Part shown: in pieces, positions 16,123-23,895 of the stretch
Layout: the number at the start of each line of letters is the position of its first letter
How positions within the stretch are numbered: position 1 is the stretch's first letter
The notes under the pieces: model-generated
Seen by the model: only the letters and a program-made list of their open reading frames with translations
Database searches by the model: none
What the model was told of the DNA's origin: nothing
IMG/VR virus record: IMGVR_UViG_3300037462_000805
Location: 1 to 37,002 of that record
From: a virus
Lineage: Duplodnaviria; Caudoviricetes
Strand: one strand, 5' to 3'
Length of the DNA stretch: 37,002 nt
Position numbers and translations under genes: made by a program

Positions 16123-18675
16123 ATGACTGCCACTAAAGACCTTACCTACCTAAACGAACGGCTCGCGGCCATGCGCATCACGCCTGAGCTTAACTCCTTT
16201 ACGCGTGTCTGGCACACACCCGTAGGAGAAGATGAACCTTTTAAACAAGAGCAAGCCATGCCAATCTTTGATGCGGATGAACATGGTAACATTATCATCA
16301 ATTACTTTAATCTACAGGGCGATACATACAAGTGGAAACCCGAAAACGGCACACGCAAACCTTTTATCCGTAAGCGCCTACGGGTAGTTAAGGACAGTCA
16401 AAAGTACCATCAGGATAAAGGCTCTGGCCAGTTCCCTTTCTTCCCGCCAAGCATCATTCAAAAGTATGGCCTGGCTAAAGCCAAACCTGAATCAGATCCA
16501 CAGGCTGGCCACATCGAAACGCTTATCCTGGTAGAAGGTGAGTTCAAGGCTTTTGTAGGGGCCATGGCCGGGCTTCATATCATTGGCATACCTTCTATCC
16601 ATGGCTTTTACAATGGCGATGTACGTGGTAAGCTACATGAAGATATTCAGGATCTGATCATCACATGCGATGTACAAAAGATAGTATTCCTGGTCGATGC
16701 TGACTTGCTATCTGTAAAGTGGGAGGCTAATAAGGATCTTGCCAAGCGCATTGAATCTTTCTACGCATCGGTAAAGCTATTCCGCGAAAGCCTTCAACTT
16801 CTTATCGATAACCCGGCATACTCACTTAGTAATGTCTACTTCATGCACTTGCAGACTAAGTTCATGAATGAGTGCAAGGGACTGGATGATCTTATCAATG
16901 CATACGATGCACAGATAAAGGAAATACTACACGACCTAAACCAGTTCCAATTTGCCAACCGCTACTTTACTGGTAAAATCATTAACGATCCTAACAAAGA
17001 TCTGCAAGCGCTTCGAAACTATTTAGGGCTGCTAAATGAACAGGACTTTTACAAAGCTTACCGCGAGTTTATCGGTAGTCGTGATTTTGTATTCCGCAAA
17101 AAGCACTACTGCTTCGACAGCGAAAAGAACGAAGTAATCTTTGTTAAGCATGAAGATGCCGACAAATACATGCGCGTAGGCATCGACTGGATTAAGCTCA
17201 TCAAACGTGCTGATAAGTTTGGTAAGATGCATGAAGAGATAACGCCCTGGAGCATTGCGGAAATAAACCGCGATTATAAGATGGGCAAAAGTGCAGACTA
17301 CTTCATTAACCAATTACAGAAGTATGATGGCTTCTGCAATGAGCCCAACTGGAATGGCGAGTATAAGCGAATACACAATGGCTGCTATAACCTGTGCTCT
17401 CCCCTTACTTGGGATAAAAAGCAAGGCAGCTTCGTAAACACCTACAACTTGTTAAAGCATTTGTTTCAGGGGCAGGCATCTATTGAGTTCGATGACAATG
17501 GCATGTTTGTAAAAGAGAACGCTATCATTGCTGATCCCTTCACCCTCATATTAGACTGGCTTACTATTCTCCTTAAGCACCCCAAGCACATGCTGCCGGT
17601 ACCCATATTGGTTAGTAAGGAAAACGGTACTGGTAAGTCTACCTTCTTAAAGTGGCTCAACATCATCTTCGGTACCAATATGGTGATACTCGGTAACGAC
17701 CAGTTTAAAATGAAATTCAATGGCCACTACATCACCAAGTTTATCATTGCTATTGATGAGGGTTTTTTGGATGTAGATAAGAAAGCAGAGAAAGAACGCT
17801 TAAAGCAGCTGGTTACTGCGGACGTAGCCTACCTGGAAAACAAAGGCATGAACGTTACCAAAATTAATTTTTATGGTAAGCTGGTCATCTGCTCTAATGA
17901 TGCCGATCGAGTAATGAAGATCGATGAAGGTGAAAGTCGCTGGTTCATTGTGAAAGTTCCTGTAGTGCCACCTAAGAAGCTAACAGGTGCTCAACTGCTG
18001 GCCGAAGGGTACATCAAGTTTAACGATAAGGAAATAGATCCTGAGAAGGTATACGATGTACCTAATGTGGATCCTGATCTGGAGAAGAAGATGGAAGCAG
18101 AGGTCCCTGCAATCTTACATTTTTTGTTTGCACGGGATATTAAACATCCGCGCAAAAATAGATTGTGGTTTGATCCGGAGTGGTTCATTACAGATCAGAT
18201 GAAGCTGATTGTTGAGACTACTAAGAACAGGGTAGATCGCGTGTTTGAAGATTGGTTGAAAGAACAATTCATGACCTATCGTCTACCAGTACTGAGGTAT
18301 CCACTTACTCACCTTACCGAAGTATTCAACGATCCAAAAAACAGTAAGTATCGTATCGATGCCATTGAATTGAAAGCCTACCTGGCGGACCGCAAGAAAA
18401 TGAAAGCTTCTCATACTCAGCGCGTAGCTATACCAGTTGGTTTCAACCTATCCGTTGATTCGTTCAATCCCACAACTATCAATTACAAACAAGCCATGGC
18501 AAGGCCCTATGAGTTTAAAGTTGAGCATTGGCTTACTAAAGAGGAGATGGATGAATGGAGCCTCCCTGTAGATTTTAATGCTACAAATGTTACGCAATCT
18601 GATGCTGTAACAAGTAATGAAAATACAGAACAACTGAAACCTTCGCCACAAAATACCGATGACTTACCGTTTTAA
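16123..18675 (+). CDS. Primase-helicase (TOPRIM-type N-terminus plus SF3/D5-like NTPase)
   Basis: TOPRIM motifs LVEGEFKA, FLVDAD and KGLDD. Walker A SKENGTGKST, Walker B IAIDEG, motif C VICSN. Confidence 0.85.
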   Translation: MTATKDLTYLNERLAAMRITPELNSFTRVWHTPVGEDEPFKQEQAMPIFDADEHGNIIINYFNLQGDTYKWKPENGTRKPFIRKRLRVVKDSQKYHQDKGSGQFPFFPPSIIQKYGLAKAKPESDPQAGHIETLILVEGEFKAFVGAMAGLHIIGIPSIHGFYNGDVRGKLHEDIQDLIITCDVQKIVFLVDADLLSVKWEANKDLAKRIESFYASVKLFRESLQLLIDNPAYSLSNVYFMHLQTKFMNECKGLDDLINAYDAQIKEILHDLNQFQFANRYFTGKIINDPNKDLQALRNYLGLLNEQDFYKAYREFIGSRDFVFRKKHYCFDSEKNEVIFVKHEDADKYMRVGIDWIKLIKRADKFGKMHEEITPWSIAEINRDYKMGKSADYFINQLQKYDGFCNEPNWNGEYKRIHNGCYNLCSPLTWDKKQGSFVNTYNLLKHLFQGQASIEFDDNGMFVKENAIIADPFTLILDWLTILLKHPKHMLPVPILVSKENGTGKSTFLKWLNIIFGTNMVILGNDQFKMKFNGHYITKFIIAIDEGFLDVDKKAEKERLKQLVTADVAYLENKGMNVTKINFYGKLVICSNDADRVMKIDEGESRWFIVKVPVVPPKKLTGAQLLAEGYIKFNDKEIDPEKVYDVPNVDPDLEKKMEAEVPAILHFLFARDIKHPRKNRLWFDPEWFITDQMKLIVETTKNRVDRVFEDWLKEQFMTYRLPVLRYPLTHLTEVFNDPKNSKYRIDAIELKAYLADRKKMKASHTQRVAIPVGFNLSVDSFNPTTINYKQAMARPYEFKVEHWLTKEEMDEWSLPVDFNATNVTQSDAVTSNENTEQLKPSPQNTDDLPF

Positions 18676-18695
18676 TATCTCAATTCAAAAATTAA

Positions 18696-18824
18696 GTAAC
18701 AATTGTAACAAATGTAACAAGGCTTAAAATGATGCAAAAACAAGGTTTTTATAATTCAAATTGTTACAGATGTTACATTAACTCAGGTAAAGCGTTACAA
18801 ATGTTTGTTACGTTACACGTTACA
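18696..18824. repeat. Iteron array, putative replication origin
   Basis: GTAACA at 18696, 18705, 18714; AT-rich spacer; inverted GTTAC(A) at 18763, 18772, 18794, 18807, 18812, 18819. Directly after the primase-helicase gene. Confidence 0.75.
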
Positions 18825-18855
18825 CGCAAATTTTTATTCATATAAAATAAATACC

Positions 18856-19161
18856 ATGTCAAATTATCCACTTTTCTATCGATCAAAATGCCGCTGCATT
18901 AAGCGCGAATCCGACACAAAAGCCATTGAAGTACGGGTGCCAGAGCCGGGCAGTCACTTGCCGCTTATGCACACCGATATGTCTGAGTTTGGGCTTGATA
19001 CTGCAGAGCGACTGGATGCTGTTGTCGCCAATATGAAGCCTTGCGACCAGGCACAATATGAGTCTTACCTGGCCACATTTTATCAGGTGAGTCATAGTAA
19101 CAGAGTATTGTTCAATAACTACCGCCAGAAGCAATATGAAAGCGCGAATCCTCAATCGTAA
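18856..19161 (+). CDS. Hypothetical protein
   Basis: ATG 18856 after an A-rich leader; the track's TTG 18805 lies within the iterons. Confidence 0.55.
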   Translation: MSNYPLFYRSKCRCIKRESDTKAIEVRVPEPGSHLPLMHTDMSEFGLDTAERLDAVVANMKPCDQAQYESYLATFYQVSHSNRVLFNNYRQKQYESANPQS

Positions 19162-19462
19162 GCCGATTGATTACTTATTCCACCACATACTCGCTGGCTT
19201 TGCTAGCAGTTACGTTGGTATCAAAATGATTTTCACGGAAGGTGTAATCGATAAGGATGAATACATCGAGCTGCTGGAAAAAAATTCAGAGCGGCTTTTG
19301 CTGAAGGTTAAGGAATTTGAGATCGCTCAGAAGATCACATGCCTTGTGTTTGTTACACTTTTTACTTACATGCAAGTATCGGGCGAAGATATGGAGAGAA
19401 GAGGCAGACGATCGAGAAGAAGAAACGAAACTGATATTCACCAATATCTGCCAGACATTTAA
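19136..19462 (+). CDS. Hypothetical protein with hydrophobic segment and Arg-rich tail
   Basis: 108 aa; ITCLVFVTLFTYM followed by RRGRRSRRR. Confidence 0.5.
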   Translation: MKARILNRKPIDYLFHHILAGFASSYVGIKMIFTEGVIDKDEYIELLEKNSERLLLKVKEFEIAQKITCLVFVTLFTYMQVSGEDMERRGRRSRRRNETDIHQYLPDI

Positions 19463-19623
19463 AGTAAGCGCACGCCACCCGTTGCGATCATTCATGCAAA
19501 CTTGTTATAGGTTTAAAAAATGATTTAGGTAACGCAAGCGTAAACCAAGGTGTGGTTTCAGGGTGGCAAACATTATAATGTAAATACCTAATAAACTCAA
19601 TTATCACATAAATCCATAATAAA

Positions 19624-20088
19624 ATGCAAACGCTAACAATTACACCGCCAGCAGGTTTCGAGGTAGACTTCAACGAGAATTCACGCGAAATCAAATTTAA
19701 AAAAGCTTCAAAAGACATAATGGATCAAATCCAAAGTGTCGAAGATGCCATCGATTTTCTTGGTAAATCAGATGAAGACGTAATCATCTTGCAAAAATTA
19801 CAACAGGTTTTTTCTGATGATTCACATCCAGTCAATCATCAGAAAGCTATCGTTCTTACCAAAGCCTTTAACGAAGGTTGGGTACCTGACTGGGATAATA
19901 CTAAACAGGTGAAGTACTATCCGTGGTTTGAGATGGGCGGTTCTTCCGGCTTCCGGTTTTTCGACTGCGGTTACCAGCGCTCGTTTTCGCATGTCGGCTC
20001 GCGCCTTTGCTTTAAATCTGACAAGCTTGCGGAACATGCTGGCAAAAAGTTTACAGATATCTATAAACAATTCATGTTAATCAAATAG
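19624..20088 (+). CDS. DGR target protein 1
   Basis: Contains VR1 (19936-20010). Shares PDW...KYYPWF...GGSSGFR...VGSRLCF with targets 2 and 3. Confidence 0.9.
   Translation: MQTLTITPPAGFEVDFNENSREIKFKKASKDIMDQIQSVEDAIDFLGKSDEDVIILQKLQQVFSDDSHPVNHQKAIVLTKAFNEGWVPDWDNTKQVKYYPWFEMGGSSGFRFFDCGYQRSFSHVGSRLCFKSDKLAEHAGKKFTDIYKQFMLIK
19936..20010 (+). repeat. DGR variable repeat VR1
   Basis: 13 mismatches to the TR over 75 nt, all at TR adenines. Confidence 0.95.
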
Positions 20089-20090
20089 TT

Positions 20091-20477
20091 ATGCAAATCA
20101 CAAAACTTAAAACCTTTGAAGGCGCTTGCAAGGTGCTAGGCCTTAATTCAAAAAAAGCGATACCATCTTTTGCAGCTTATCCATTGCGAGACAGAAAAGC
20201 AATGGTAGCACATGCGAAGTTGGTAATCATTGCTCGTGCGGCTAATAGAATAGGGAACGGTGGCAAGGAATGGAAACCAGACTGGAACAATGGCCAGTGG
20301 GACAAGTACTATCCATGGTTTGAGATGGGCGGGTCTTCCGGCTTCCGGTCTCTCGTCTTCGATATCCTGAGCTCGGATTCGACTGTCGGCTCGCGCCTTT
20401 GCTTTATCTCAAATGAGGTTGCAACGCACGTGGCTAAGCAGTTCATCAAATTATACAAGGACTATTTCACAATGTAA
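20091..20477 (+). CDS. DGR target protein 2
   Basis: Contains VR2 (20328-20402); paralogue of targets 1 and 3. Confidence 0.9.
   Translation: MQITKLKTFEGACKVLGLNSKKAIPSFAAYPLRDRKAMVAHAKLVIIARAANRIGNGGKEWKPDWNNGQWDKYYPWFEMGGSSGFRSLVFDILSSDSTVGSRLCFISNEVATHVAKQFIKLYKDYFTM
20328..20402 (+). repeat. DGR variable repeat VR2
   Basis: 12 mismatches at TR adenines plus one synonymous T>G near the 5' edge. Confidence 0.95.
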
Positions 20478-20488
20478 AAACACATATC

Positions 20489-20899
20489 ATGGAACAAATT
20501 AAAAATTTAACATTCGAAAAGGCTTGTGAAGTAAAAGGCTACAAAGTGGAAGATTGTATTATCACAGTTCCACCGATGTTTCCCGCTCGACATGCTAAGG
20601 CCATGGAAGCAATCAATAAACTAATCATCATGGTAGATGCAGCAAATCAGATTGCCAATGATGGCAAAGAATGGAAAGCAGACTTCACTGATGACAATTG
20701 GAAGTATCACAACTGGTATGAATACATTCAAGATGAAGAGGGCGGTTCTTCCGGCTTCCGGTATGTCGTCTTCGTTCACCTGTGCTCGTCTTCGGATGTC
20801 GGCTCGCGCCTTTGCTTTATTTCACGCGAGGTAGGAATATCGCTTGGAGATAACGAAGAGTTTATGAATTTGTGGAACGACTTCGCATTATATAGATAA
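20489..20899 (+). CDS. DGR target protein 3
   Basis: Contains VR3 (20741-20815); paralogue of targets 1 and 2. Confidence 0.9.
   Translation: MEQIKNLTFEKACEVKGYKVEDCIITVPPMFPARHAKAMEAINKLIIMVDAANQIANDGKEWKADFTDDNWKYHNWYEYIQDEEGGSSGFRYVVFVHLCSSSDVGSRLCFISREVGISLGDNEEFMNLWNDFALYR
20741..20815 (+). repeat. DGR variable repeat VR3
   Basis: 14 mismatches to the TR, all at TR adenines. Confidence 0.95.
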
Positions 20900-20904
20900 A
20901 AACA

Positions 20905-21080
20905 AAGGCTGTGCGATGGTTGGGCGGTTCTTCCGGCTTCCGGTATATCGACTACGATAACCAGAACTCGAATTCGAATGTCAGCTCGCACCTATGCTGA
21001 AAGATAATGCTGTCGCAGGCCTTACCTCTTGGTAAAAAATAACTAACAAAAGCTCAGGCGTTGGTACCGAAAGAGAACGC
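20905..21080 (+). ncRNA. Putative DGR template RNA (TR plus structured flanks)
   Basis: 20905-20920 can pair with 21009-21023 to enclose the TR. Hairpins TTACC-TCTT-GGTAA (21022-21035) and GCGTT...AACGC (21058-21080). Confidence 0.6.
20923..20997 (+). repeat. DGR template repeat (TR)
   Basis: GGCGGTTCTTCCGGCTTCCGG TAT ATC GAC TAC GAT AAC CAG AAC TCG AAT TCG AAT GTC AGC TCG CAC CTA TGC. Intergenic, AAY-rich, 17 adenines, directly upstream of the RT gene. Confidence 0.95.
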
Positions 21081-21100
21081 GACTGATGAAAAGCAAAGCA

Positions 21101-22060
21101 ATGAAAAGACTATCTAATCTATATCCACAAATTACCAGCCTGGCTAACCTTCAGGAAGCTGACCGAAAAGCACAGAAGGGTAAGCTGTACACGCATGGTG
21201 TAAGGATGCACATGCGCAGACAAGAGGGTAACTTGTTAGTGCTAAAGGATATGCTTGAAAGCAAAACCTACAAGACTTCAACCTACGATATATTTACGAT
21301 TCATGAACCTAAAGAAAGGATCGTATACCGATTGCCATATTTCCCAGACAGGATTACGCACCACGCCATTATGAATGTACTGGAGCCTATGTTCGTCAGC
21401 ACATTTACTGCAGACAGCTACAGCTGCATTAAAAAGCGCGGCATACACAAGCTGCTAACCAAACTTAAAAGCGATTTAAAAGATACTGAAGGCACTACCT
21501 ATTGCCTGAAGTTTGATATAAAGAAATTCTACCCAAGCATAGATCATCATGTATTGAAGGCCTTGCTCCGGAGAAAGATTAAGGACAATGATTTACTCTG
21601 GTTACTGGATGAAATTATTGATAGCGCCCCTGGGCTACCAATCGGCAACTATCTGAGCCAGTACTTGGCAAATTTTTACTTGTCATATTTTGACCATTGG
21701 ATAAAGGAAAACAAGCGTGTAAAGTATTACTACCGATACGCGGATGATATTGTAATCTTGGCCAATAACAAGGAGTCACTTCACATTCTGCTAAAAGACA
21801 TTAATCAGCATCTCGCTAATCTTAAATTGGAGGTGAAAGATAATTACCAAGTATTCCCTGTAGATGTGAGAGGTATTGATTTTGTGGGCTATGTGTTCCG
21901 ACATTCTCATATCCGTATCCGAAAATCAATTAAGAAAAACTTTGCCCGTAAGATGGCCAGAAATCCAAACTATGCGAGTAAGGCTTCTTATTTGGGCTGG
22001 CTAGGCCATTGTAACGCTAAACACTTAACTAAAAAAATTCTAAAGGATGAAGAGATTTAA
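21101..22060 (+). CDS. DGR reverse transcriptase (alternative start 21086)
   Basis: KFDIKKFYPSI, GLPIGNYLSQ (DGR-type SQ motif), catalytic YADD, GIDFVGY. About 320 aa with no maturase or endonuclease domain; adjacent to the TR. Confidence 0.95.
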   Translation: MKRLSNLYPQITSLANLQEADRKAQKGKLYTHGVRMHMRRQEGNLLVLKDMLESKTYKTSTYDIFTIHEPKERIVYRLPYFPDRITHHAIMNVLEPMFVSTFTADSYSCIKKRGIHKLLTKLKSDLKDTEGTTYCLKFDIKKFYPSIDHHVLKALLRRKIKDNDLLWLLDEIIDSAPGLPIGNYLSQYLANFYLSYFDHWIKENKRVKYYYRYADDIVILANNKESLHILLKDINQHLANLKLEVKDNYQVFPVDVRGIDFVGYVFRHSHIRIRKSIKKNFARKMARNPNYASKASYLGWLGHCNAKHLTKKILKDEEI

Positions 22061-22343
22061 AGACTTTGGCATAGAAACAACCATCAGCAAGTTTGTAGGC
22101 GAAAAAATACCCATCAAAAAGGTAATTGGTCATGAGATACAGGTTATAGACTTCAAGATAGAGCCCTCTATAAAAAAGCCAGGTACAGATCTATTGACGC
22201 TGCAAATTGAAAAGGCAGGCGACAAGCGCGTAATCTTCACTGGTTCAAAAGTGCTGATAGATCAGATTAAACAAGTGCCTAAATCTGAGTTTCCATTCAC
22301 TACTGTTATCAATGGAGACTCAGATTATTTTCAGTTTACTTAA
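22047..22343 (+). CDS. Small beta-rich protein coupled to the DGR RT (candidate accessory factor)
   Basis: 98 aa, overlaps the RT stop by 14 nt, and is the last gene of the + strand operon. Confidence 0.7.
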   Translation: MKRFKDFGIETTISKFVGEKIPIKKVIGHEIQVIDFKIEPSIKKPGTDLLTLQIEKAGDKRVIFTGSKVLIDQIKQVPKSEFPFTTVINGDSDYFQFT

Positions 22344-22717
22344 CTATTCCACCACCTTTTACCGCCTACGATCACGGCAAAGTAGAAAATTATAGCCTTC
22401 CATTTAGGTACTCCATCTATGATCATCCACTGGTAAAAATCATAATCAGCATCAGCACGTGTTCCTATTCGGTTATCGTACAGGTAATCGTGTGCCAGGC
22501 TTGCCCTGCTGTACTTCCCCATTTGAGGGAAGAGCCAACGTAGCATCCAAGGCACACTGGCTCCATCGGTTACTGTGCCCTCTGGTATGGTTATCCAATC
22601 GCCAGTATAGCGTTTTAAAATGATGGGTTCAACAAGTTTGTACAATGGCTGAGTAGCTGACCACTTTAAAAAAAGTAGTTTCCTGGTTGTGTCTTCAGTA
22701 AAAAAAATAAAAATCAT
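22340..22717 (-). CDS. DUF1353-like protein
   Basis: IPEGTVTDGASVP, ASLAHDYLY and RADADYDF motifs. Confidence 0.8.
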   Translation of the reverse strand: MIFIFFTEDTTRKLLFLKWSATQPLYKLVEPIILKRYTGDWITIPEGTVTDGASVPWMLRWLFPQMGKYSRASLAHDYLYDNRIGTRADADYDFYQWMIIDGVPKWKAIIFYFAVIVGGKRWWNS

Positions 22718-23082
22718 GACTCAGTAACAATTAAATTACCCTGATCATCAAAAACTCTTTCAGCGTTTTGGAGAATGAACCTAAACAAGCCATTCACAAT
22801 ACTACGCTTGAGAATAAAGCCAAGCGTGCTGGCCTCAAAATCATTGTAGTCCTGCTCACTGCTCTGGTACGAGTGCCTTTGTTGATTAATACGCTGACCT
22901 GTTGGAGTGATATCATAACTATAATATATAGTATCTACTCTCTTGCTTGATGGCATTCCTATACTTAAGTCCTGGAATACATAAACTTTTTGGAGTCCAG
23001 TTTCTTCATTCATAAATTGAACCTCCAAGAACCCATTATTGATGTTAATGTTGTAATCTTTTTCGTTTATATTCGTAATCAT
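22714..23082 (-). CDS. Hypothetical protein in the tail-fibre block
   Basis: 122 aa with ATGA overlaps on both sides. Confidence 0.6.
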   Translation of the reverse strand: MITNINEKDYNININNGFLEVQFMNEETGLQKVYVFQDLSIGMPSSKRVDTIYYSYDITPTGQRINQQRHSYQSSEQDYNDFEASTLGFILKRSIVNGLFRFILQNAERVFDDQGNLIVTES

Positions 23083-23894
23083 AATTCAAGGGTTTCAAAT
23101 GTGGATTTTAAATTGCTGAGAATAGACCTAATCGCAGTATCATATTGTGCGACTTCAAAAGGTGTCTTACCGGTCCAGTCATATATCAACAGTGTGTATA
23201 TGTCTAAAACATTATCAGTAAAATTTGCGTACGGCCCTATAAATACAGTATGATTGTTATTGCTAAGAGGACCAGAACTAGAAGCTGATTTAGTCATACT
23301 AAAATTATCTCGCCATAAATTCCAGTTACTGGCAGTATTAACTGTAGTTCCATTATACGTAACTCCAATACTTTGTATAACATCAAATGTCAATCGACCA
23401 GCTGCAATATTGTTTGTCCTGCAAGACGATGCCTGAATTGTCTCATTAAAAATGGCATATGTAACCCTACCGCCAGATTCTATAAAAAATTGCACGCCAA
23501 CCCCACCAACGCCAGGAGTTGTTTGAAGAAGAATGAATGCGTTAGATAAAGTAGTATTAATATCAGGTTTACAAATACAATAAATCCCGAATGGGCTTCC
23601 GTTGTGAAGGAATGTGAAATCTCTCCTTAAAGAAATGAGTTGTCTTATAGTGCCCCCTGTTACAGTACTTCTTATTTTAAAACCTCCTATTTCTTTTAAA
23701 TAACGCTGTGCTGAAGCTGCTGCCAAATTATTGCCTATGGGGCTAAGATCGCCCCATAAACTTAAATCATCTGTGTTTACGATAGTCTTTCTAAAACGCG
23801 CATCGTACCAACCCTTTATACCGGGTATACTATTAAAATTCTCAGCTGTATCCAGTTCAAATCCCTCAATATTTAAACCTTGTATGATGTTCAT
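23079..23894 (-). CDS. Putative LamG/ConA-like receptor-binding protein
   Basis: GWYDA...LWGDLSPIGN N-terminal motif; beta-rich; follows the tail fibre gene. Confidence 0.55.
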   Translation of the reverse strand: MNIIQGLNIEGFELDTAENFNSIPGIKGWYDARFRKTIVNTDDLSLWGDLSPIGNNLAAASAQRYLKEIGGFKIRSTVTGGTIRQLISLRRDFTFLHNGSPFGIYCICKPDINTTLSNAFILLQTTPGVGGVGVQFFIESGGRVTYAIFNETIQASSCRTNNIAAGRLTFDVIQSIGVTYNGTTVNTASNWNLWRDNFSMTKSASSSGPLSNNNHTVFIGPYANFTDNVLDIYTLLIYDWTGKTPFEVAQYDTAIRSILSNLKSTFETLEL

Positions 23895-23895
23895 T

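Noticed and set aside
20011-20050. BPP-1-like DNA hairpin downstream of each VR
   Set aside because: Only weak 3-4 bp or GT-dependent stems, not shared among the three targets.
20776-20991. Minus-strand 71-aa ORF across TR and VR3
   Set aside because: Antisense shadow of the repeats with no independent support.
19936-20997. Four similar repeats as a CRISPR array or simple duplication
   Set aside because: Three copies are in frame within genes, spacing is hundreds of bp, and mismatches are confined to TR adenines. No cas genes.
21086-22060. RT as a group II intron, retron or Abi RT
   Set aside because: Short, with no maturase or endonuclease domain and no retron VTG motif. It has the DGR-type SQ motif and an adjacent TR with A-specific VRs.
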